From positions 3,935,372 to 3,967,371 of the forward strand of contig NZ_CM001976.1 in NCBI RefSeq assembly GCF_000406145.1: a DNA stretch of 32,000 nucleotides, in the 5' to 3' direction. A program made the position numbers and the translations under genes. Positions within the stretch are counted from its first letter, which is position 1. Each line of letters opens with the position of its first letter. Shown here in pieces: positions 6,734 through 13,287 of the stretch. The notes below the pieces were generated by a model. The model did not search any database. It saw only the letters and a list, made by a program, of their open reading frames with translations, and was not told the origin of the DNA. This DNA is from Dickeya dadantii NCPPB 898. Its GTDB lineage: Bacteria > Pseudomonadota > Gammaproteobacteria > Enterobacterales > Enterobacteriaceae.

Positions 6734-9256
6734 ATGACGTCGCCGTCGTTTATTCCACGACAAACGCCGCTTGATGACCCTGACAGCGTCGCCAACCTGC
6801 TGCGCGCGGGGCTGGCGCAGGTTCAGCAACTCAGCGGCAACCGCTGGACCGACTACAACCTGCACGATCCCGGCGTCACCCTGCTGGAGCTGCTGTGTTT
6901 CGCCCTCACCGACCTGATTTACCGCAGCGATTTCGAGGTCGCGGATTACCTGACGCAGCCGGACGGCCGCCTCGACTTCGCCGCGCAGGGGCTGATGCTG
7001 CCGGAACAGATTTTCCCGCCCCGCCCCTGCACCCGACAGGATTATCAGCAGACGCTGCTGGACGCGATGGACGAGGTGGAACAGGCGTGGGTCACGCCGG
7101 ACGGTCAGGGGCGCTACCACATCGACCTGCTGCTGACCGAGGCGGCGCGCCAGCGTTGCGACCACCACCCGACGCTGCGCGACGAGATTGTCGAGGCGGC
7201 GGCGCATCTTTACCACCGCGCCCGCAATCTGGGCGAAGACCTTGCCGGGGTGCGCATCATCGACAGCCACGGGCTGCGGCTGTACGCCGACATCGAGCTG
7301 CAATATCACGATAACGCCGACGAAGTGGCGGCCGACATCTACTTTCAGGCCGAACAGTGGATCCGGGGCGACGAGAGCGACAATCGCCCCGGCAACTATT
7401 ACACCGACAACTATTATACCGACAACGATACCGATAACCGCGGCGCGCCGGGCGACGAGCGGGTTGCCGCCGCCCGACCGCTATCGGCGCTCTACACCCG
7501 GTTGATCAACATCGACGGCGTCGGCCACATCCGGCAGTTACGGCTGATCCCACAGTCCTGTCGGGACGACAATCCCGATCATGCGCCGGACCACTTCAGC
7601 CCCGGCGACTGGATTCTGCTGCCGAAAAAGCACGACGATATCGACCTCAATCTGACCCATCAGGGCCACCCGCTGCCGGTTGATTTCAGCGCCATGAGCA
7701 TCCGGCTGGTGCGGCGTCAGGCGCAAAACGGCACGCTGCGCGAACACATCCGCCGCCAGACCGCCACCCTGATCCCGCCGCCGCACGGTAGCTGGCGCGC
7801 GCTGGCGGATTACCGGTCGATTCAGTCGCTTTTCCCCGGCGTCTACCGGCTGGACGCACCGCGCGTCCCGGCAGCGCTGAACCGGCAGGAACAGCGACAA
7901 ATACAGCAATTTCGCGGCTATCTGCTGCTGTTCGAGCAACTGATGGCTAACTTCTGCGCCAACCTGGCCAACCTGCGCGAGCTGTTTTCGCCGTCCACCG
8001 ACACCGAACGCAGTTACGTCTTCAACCTGCTGGATGATGAACAGTTCCGCGGGGTGGATCTGCTGTATCCCGACGACGCGGCGGCGCGTTTTCATCACCT
8101 GCTGGCCGACGTCGACCACTACCCGGAGCGCAAAGGGCGGCTGCTCGACTATCTGCTGGCGTTATACGGTGAAACGCTGGACGCCCGGCTTTGGCGTCAG
8201 CCGGGCGACGACAGCGCGCAGGGCCGCCGGCAGCTTGAGTACCCGCGCCGGTTTATCCAGGCCATCGACCGCCTGACCCGCGATCGCGGCGCCGGCTTCA
8301 ACACCCGCCGGCCGATGACCGAACGGGAAAACCGGGGCGGGTTCGCCGACCGGGTAGCGCTACTGCTCGGGATGGACGACGCCGACGCCTGGCCTTATAG
8401 CCGGACGCTGGCCCGGCAGGGGTGGCAGTTGCTGGCCGATGACGCCTTCCTGCACTGCGCAGCGGGGCAATCGCATCTGCAATGGCTGGATCAGCCGGCT
8501 CTCGACAGTTTGCTGGATGTGCCGCTGAGCGACGCGCCGCCGGGCGGCGTCGACGTGGCGACGGCGCACGATCTACTGGCGCTGCGCCTGCGGCCATTGC
8601 CGGTCGCCCTGCTGCAACGCGGCGTGATGCTGGAACACTACCGCATTCTGCCGCCCGGCGCCGACGGCTGCTATCAGGCGCTGTTTCGGCTACCGCCGGC
8701 GCCGGGGGCGCAAAACGGGTTATGGCTGCATCTGGGCGCCAGCCGCCAGCCGGCGCAACTGGTGCGCGTCATCAATCAGCTGCGCCGTGAGCTTATCCGG
8801 CTGAATCAGTGCTGCGAAGGGGTGTACGTGGTGGAGCACCTGCTGTTGCGCCCGGCGCTCGGCGGTGATGACGCCCTCCCCGACGGCGACCCGTTTCCCG
8901 GCCAGCTCAGCGTGATCCTGCCCGGTTACACCGCGCGCGGCGGCAACCCGGTGTTCCGGGCGCAGGCCGACGCGCTGATCGCCCGGCAGTGCCCGGCCCA
9001 TCTGCTGCCGCGCTGTCACTGGCTCGATATTCACGCCACAAACGAGTTTGAAACCGCCTGGCTGGCGTGGCTCGACGCCAGACGGGACTCCGCCGGCCAA
9101 CCGTCGTGCGACGACGCCGCCGCTCGGCTGACGGCGTTTTTGCAATCGTTGCACGCGCATTCCCCTTTTCCTCACACAGCCTTTCCTTACCCCCGCAATC
9201 CTCAACCACCCTTTCCTCAACCACCCTTTCCTCAACAACAAGGACAGGACGCATGA
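6734..9256 (+). CDS. Second baseplate wedge protein (Afp12/gp7-like or Afp11 N-terminal-like), 840 aa
   Basis: ATG 6734 lies 2 nt after the upstream stop, with gaggag at 6723-6728. The N-terminal WTDYNLHDPGVTLLELLCFALTDLIYR is the helical-core motif found at the N-terminus of CIS baseplate wedge proteins. It contains in-frame 15-bp repeats (NYYTD x2-3 at 7394-7438; PQPPF x2 at 9200-9229). Confidence 0.7.
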   Translation: MTSPSFIPRQTPLDDPDSVANLLRAGLAQVQQLSGNRWTDYNLHDPGVTLLELLCFALTDLIYRSDFEVADYLTQPDGRLDFAAQGLMLPEQIFPPRPCTRQDYQQTLLDAMDEVEQAWVTPDGQGRYHIDLLLTEAARQRCDHHPTLRDEIVEAAAHLYHRARNLGEDLAGVRIIDSHGLRLYADIELQYHDNADEVAADIYFQAEQWIRGDESDNRPGNYYTDNYYTDNDTDNRGAPGDERVAAARPLSALYTRLINIDGVGHIRQLRLIPQSCRDDNPDHAPDHFSPGDWILLPKKHDDIDLNLTHQGHPLPVDFSAMSIRLVRRQAQNGTLREHIRRQTATLIPPPHGSWRALADYRSIQSLFPGVYRLDAPRVPAALNRQEQRQIQQFRGYLLLFEQLMANFCANLANLRELFSPSTDTERSYVFNLLDDEQFRGVDLLYPDDAAARFHHLLADVDHYPERKGRLLDYLLALYGETLDARLWRQPGDDSAQGRRQLEYPRRFIQAIDRLTRDRGAGFNTRRPMTERENRGGFADRVALLLGMDDADAWPYSRTLARQGWQLLADDAFLHCAAGQSHLQWLDQPALDSLLDVPLSDAPPGGVDVATAHDLLALRLRPLPVALLQRGVMLEHYRILPPGADGCYQALFRLPPAPGAQNGLWLHLGASRQPAQLVRVINQLRRELIRLNQCCEGVYVVEHLLLRPALGGDDALPDGDPFPGQLSVILPGYTARGGNPVFRAQADALIARQCPAHLLPRCHWLDIHATNEFETAWLAWLDARRDSAGQPSCDDAAARLTAFLQSLHAHSPFPHTAFPYPRNPQPPFPQPPFPQQQGQDA

Positions 9257-12200
9257 CGCAGCCACACCGGATTCACACCGCCAGCCTGACGCTCGACTTT
9301 CGCCATTCGTCCGAAGCGGAACGGTTCGAGCGCGACGCCCCACGCTTTGTGCAGCAGCAGTTGTTGCCGTTGATTGACACGCTGTTCGATCGGTTTTCGC
9401 CGCCCCATCAGCTGTGGGTGATCGACCACCTGACGTTCGATCTGGGCGCGCTGCCCGCGTCGGATCTGGAATCGGCGCTGCTGGCGGCGCTACAACAGCA
9501 ACTGACGGATGCGCTGCGCGCGCGGCAACCGTCCGACGCGACCCAGCCGCAGAAAGACCACGACGGCGACGCCGCCGAAATACAGGTGCTGGACGGCCCG
9601 GCGGCGCAATGGCGTCAATTGCAGTTTTTCCTGCAACACGGCGTGATGCCCTGGCATTATTCCAACCGCCAGGGCTGGCGACAGGCAGACAGCCACCGCC
9701 ACTGGCTGGCCGACGCCGTGCGCCGGCACTACGCCGAAGTAAACCGGCTGCTGAACGCCAGCGCCCGCCCGGCCAGCCCGATCGCCCGGTTGGTTTCTCA
9801 ACTACCGGCGACCGCGTTAAACGGCTGGCTGGAACAACTGACGCCCGCCCATCAGGACATCGCGCTGCGTTGTCTGGCCGCACAGCCGGAACCGGATGCG
9901 ATGCCCGCCGCGCTACGGGCGCGGCTGCATCGCTACTGGCACCAGCGCATCCATCAGGCGCTGCGCCAGCGCCGCCTGCGACAGGAGTTGCTGCCGATCT
10001 GGGCCACGCTGCTCGGCGCCCAGCGCGCACGATTTCTGCTGGCGCTTTACGCCTGCGGGCAACAGCCCGAGGTGGTGCGCGGCATGGCGCAGGCGGTGGA
10101 TGACGACGCCTTCGACGATCTGCTGACGCTGTTGGCACCGCAGGCGCAACCGTTCATCCAACAGGTAATCAGACATCCGGCGTGGTTCCGCCATCCCGAA
10201 CCTACCGTCGCCACGGACCAGAGCGCCCCGCTGGATCTGCTGCTGCGTGAATTCACCCTGCATTATCTGCTGGTGCAGCGCGGCAGCCAGTTCAACAAGC
10301 GGCGCTACATGGCCGGGCTGGTCGGCCGCATGGCGGCGCACCACAACATCGAGCGGACCGACGTGCTGCAAACGCTGTACCTGCAACTGGCGGCGTGGCC
10401 GGGCGACCAGGCGCTGAAACAGCCGTTGCTGTCGCTGCTGACCACGCTGTGGGGAGAAATGGCGCCGCTCGCCCGCGCGCTGCCCCATCTGCCGGACATG
10501 ACGCCGGGCGCTCAGCCGGTGCGACACCGGCCGACTACCGGCGACGCGGTTAGACATCGGGAACCGGTCGCGGCAGAAACCACCGACCACAGGCTCCGGC
10601 AACAGTGGGCAGAGGCGCTGCAACAGGCTGATGACGCGGCGCTGAATCGGGTGTGGCGCCAGTGCTCGCCCGCCATGCTGCTGACGTTACGCCCGCTGTT
10701 GATGCGCTGCGGCCAGCAGAGTCAGGTACGCCAGCGCTGGGTGGTGCGTTTTTCCACGGCGACGCAGTATCGCCTGCTGACCCTGCTGGAACCGGCGGAC
10801 GCGCCGTTCATCCGCGACCTGATGGACGACGTGCGCGCCAGCCAGCCGACTATCGCCGCCCGTTCGGCCAACGCCCCCGGCGAATCGTTGTTGACGCACA
10901 GCCTGTGGAGCCTCACGTTCAGCTATCTGCTGGCGGAACGCGGCAGCGAATTCAACCGACAAAGCTATCTGGACGCGCTGCTGCGGCAACTGGCGGCGCA
11001 TCATAACCTGTCGCGCCAGGCGCTGATCGACGCCTTGCTGCACCATCTGCACAGCGCTGCGGCCGCTACCGCGGTGCGCCGGGCGCTGCTGACGATGCTC
11101 ACCCGGCTGCGCGAAAGCGAGCCTCCCGCACCGCCGCCGCAACCGGCACCAGCACCAGCACCAGCACCAAAACCCCCAGCGTCATGCCACATTGACGCGG
11201 ATCTCCCTGTGCCGGCGCACCCGTTGCTTGACGCCGCCTGTTATCAGTACCTGTACGACGTACTGGCCCTCGGCGACCCGACGCGCCGCTTTGAGCCGCC
11301 CGCTGAGGCGCAAACCGCCTGGCGCGCCGCGTCATCGTATGCCGGTAATGACCTACAGCGCTGCGTGCAGCGGTTACTGACTCACCACCCGTTGCTGCTC
11401 CAGCGCTGGCTGGCGGCATCAACGCACCACCCCGCCGGTTGGCTGCGGCTGTGCGCCGCCCTGCGCCCGTCGCAGGCCGCCCAGTTGCTCGCCCAGTTGG
11501 TCGCGCTGCGTCAGCCAGCGAGCCACCTGCGTAGCCTGACGAGCACGCTCGACAACGTCACCCGCCGCCTGATCGTGGCACAGCGGCAGGCGTTTTACGG
11601 GCAGATGATCGACGCGCTGGCCGCCAACCGCACGCCGGACTGGCTGGCGATACGCGATGCGGTCAGCCAGCTCGCCCCGTCGTCTGACGTGGTCGCGCCT
11701 CAGCCGGTCAACGCCATAACGGCCGATGCTTCGGTGCGACCGGCGATGGACGACGACAGCGCGTTGGCGTTGTTGAACCGGCTCACACGCCACGCTTCAG
11801 CGACGATAGCCGACGACGACATTGCCGCGCTCTCCGCCGCACTGGCGCGCCTGCTGCCCACGCAGCCGGAGGCGGTTCGCCGTTTTCTGCTGCCCGCCCT
11901 GCGATCGGCGGACACGGCCGAGCGGCTGGCGGACGCGCTATCCGACACCCTGCATACGGCCTTACTGCTGCTGTTGTGCCGTGCCGACTTTCTGGCGCTG
12001 CACCCATATGGCCGTTTTATCGCCAACCTCTGCCATCGCCACCCGGCCTACCACGGCGCGGCGCAGGTGCTGGAGAGCCAGCTGTGGCGCACGCTGTACC
12101 ACCATCTGTTCGTTGCGGGTTCACCGCCGGATATCGCCGCCTTTATCATCGATTATCTGGACAGACTGGCTACCAATGAGCCACTACGCAGCCATCAGCC

Positions 12201-13161
12201 GTCGCCGGCGGCGTTTTACCGTTTTCTGCTGCAACAGGCGCAGGCCGAGCGGTTACCCATGACCCACGTGCTGACCGAACGCCTGCAACGGTTGATCACC
12301 GCCGCCGGCCTGCATCAGGAGCCGCCGGCGATTGTCGCCGTGGCGAATGCCGGGCAAGCGCCTGAACCCGCCATCGTCGCCACGCCGCCGGTTGAACCGT
12401 CAAACGTCGCCTATGCGCCGCGGCTAGCGGCGGCGCCGGAGATGGCAGTACCGGGCATTGCAGTACCGGACATTGCAGTACAGGACATTGCAGCACAGGA
12501 CATTGCAGCACCAGATAGTGCAGCATCGGATAGCGCAGTGCCGGATATTGCGATGCCGAATAATGCAGCGTCGAATAGTGCTGTGTCAGACATGGCGGTG
12601 CCGGACACCGCGGTTCCGGCGGTTATCGACTGGCGGGGCGACGAGACGTTGAACACCGACGAACCGGTGCCGATCGCCAATGCCGGGCTGGTGCTGGTCG
12701 CCCCCTATCTCCCTCGCCTGCTGACGCGGCTGGCGCTGGTGCAGGACGGCGCATTCCCGCAGCCGGACGCCCGCTATCAGGCCATCCACCGCCTGCAATA
12801 TCTGGTCGATCAGGGACAAAACTGCGCCGAATACCACCTGGCGCTGAACAAACTGCTGTGCGGCCTGCCGCTCAACGCGCCGATTCCGTTAACGCCGCCG
12901 CCTGACGCCGCCGCCCGCGACACGCTGGACGCATTGCTGGCCGCCATCCTTCAGCACTGGAATGCGCTAGGCCACACTTCGGTTGACGGCCTGCGCCAGA
13001 CCTTTCTGCAACGCGAAGGCACCCTGTGGCGGCAGGCGGACAGTTGGAAACTGGAGGTGGCTCCCGGCCCGTTCGACATGCTGCTCGACCGGCTGCCGTG
13101 GGGGTATTCGACCATCAAATACCCCTGGATGGATCGGCCGCTGCACGTGGTCTGGCGTTGA
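9253..13161 (+). CDS. Contractile injection system tape-measure (Afp14-like, CIS_TMP family) protein, 1302 aa
   Basis: ATG 9253 overlaps the upstream stop (ATGA). The N-terminus HRIHTASLTLDF...LWVIDHLTFDLGALP and the C-terminus ANAGLVLVAPYLPRLLTRL...LLDRLPWGYSTIKYPWMDRPLHVVW match what I recall as the conserved ends of CIS tape-measure proteins. There is an internal duplicated module (LLTLL.P...PFI ... YLL..RGS.FN...Y...L...AAHHN) at about nt 10110-10460 and 10770-11120. The 9067 start in the ORF track only adds an Arg/Ser-rich off-gene extension. Confidence 0.7.
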   Translation: MTQPHRIHTASLTLDFRHSSEAERFERDAPRFVQQQLLPLIDTLFDRFSPPHQLWVIDHLTFDLGALPASDLESALLAALQQQLTDALRARQPSDATQPQKDHDGDAAEIQVLDGPAAQWRQLQFFLQHGVMPWHYSNRQGWRQADSHRHWLADAVRRHYAEVNRLLNASARPASPIARLVSQLPATALNGWLEQLTPAHQDIALRCLAAQPEPDAMPAALRARLHRYWHQRIHQALRQRRLRQELLPIWATLLGAQRARFLLALYACGQQPEVVRGMAQAVDDDAFDDLLTLLAPQAQPFIQQVIRHPAWFRHPEPTVATDQSAPLDLLLREFTLHYLLVQRGSQFNKRRYMAGLVGRMAAHHNIERTDVLQTLYLQLAAWPGDQALKQPLLSLLTTLWGEMAPLARALPHLPDMTPGAQPVRHRPTTGDAVRHREPVAAETTDHRLRQQWAEALQQADDAALNRVWRQCSPAMLLTLRPLLMRCGQQSQVRQRWVVRFSTATQYRLLTLLEPADAPFIRDLMDDVRASQPTIAARSANAPGESLLTHSLWSLTFSYLLAERGSEFNRQSYLDALLRQLAAHHNLSRQALIDALLHHLHSAAAATAVRRALLTMLTRLRESEPPAPPPQPAPAPAPAPKPPASCHIDADLPVPAHPLLDAACYQYLYDVLALGDPTRRFEPPAEAQTAWRAASSYAGNDLQRCVQRLLTHHPLLLQRWLAASTHHPAGWLRLCAALRPSQAAQLLAQLVALRQPASHLRSLTSTLDNVTRRLIVAQRQAFYGQMIDALAANRTPDWLAIRDAVSQLAPSSDVVAPQPVNAITADASVRPAMDDDSALALLNRLTRHASATIADDDIAALSAALARLLPTQPEAVRRFLLPALRSADTAERLADALSDTLHTALLLLLCRADFLALHPYGRFIANLCHRHPAYHGAAQVLESQLWRTLYHHLFVAGSPPDIAAFIIDYLDRLATNEPLRSHQPSPAAFYRFLLQQAQAERLPMTHVLTERLQRLITAAGLHQEPPAIVAVANAGQAPEPAIVATPPVEPSNVAYAPRLAAAPEMAVPGIAVPDIAVQDIAAQDIAAPDSAASDSAVPDIAMPNNAASNSAVSDMAVPDTAVPAVIDWRGDETLNTDEPVPIANAGLVLVAPYLPRLLTRLALVQDGAFPQPDARYQAIHRLQYLVDQGQNCAEYHLALNKLLCGLPLNAPIPLTPPPDAAARDTLDALLAAILQHWNALGHTSVDGLRQTFLQREGTLWRQADSWKLEVAPGPFDMLLDRLPWGYSTIKYPWMDRPLHVVWR
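12430..12624 (+). repeat. In-frame 15-bp (5-codon) tandem repeat, ~13 units, inside the tape-measure gene
   Basis: Units gcagtaccgggcatt / gcagtaccggacatt / gcagtacaggacatt / gcagcacaggacatt / gcagcaccagatagt and so on encode AAPEM-AVPGI-AVPDI-AVQDI-AAQDI-AAPDS-AASDS-AVPDI-AMPNN-AASNS-AVSDM-AVPDT-AVPAV. Confidence 0.9.
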
Positions 13162-13182
13162 ACGCCGCTTGCCGGGCAGCCT

Positions 13183-13265
13183 CCGTATTACCGACAGCCA
13201 TGCATTACCGACAGCCATGCATCACCGACGACCATGCATTACCGACAACATGCATCACCGACCAA
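13183..13265. repeat. Tandem 16-17-bp repeat x5 (CATGCAT[T/C]ACCGAC...) between the tape-measure gene and the 822-aa gene
   Basis: Units: ccgtattaccgacagc (13183-13198), catgcattaccgacagc (13199-13215), catgcatcaccgacgac (13216-13232), catgcattaccgacaa (13233-13248), catgcatcaccgaccaa (13249-13265), followed by a partial catac. There are no spacers, so this is not a CRISPR array. Confidence 0.85.
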
Positions 13266-13287
13266 CATACGGGAGAACGCCATCGCC

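Noticed and set aside
5831-13265. CRISPR-like reading of the 17-bp tandem arrays at 5831-5900 and 13183-13265
   Set aside because: The units are directly adjacent with no spacers, are far shorter than CRISPR repeats, and no cas genes are present.
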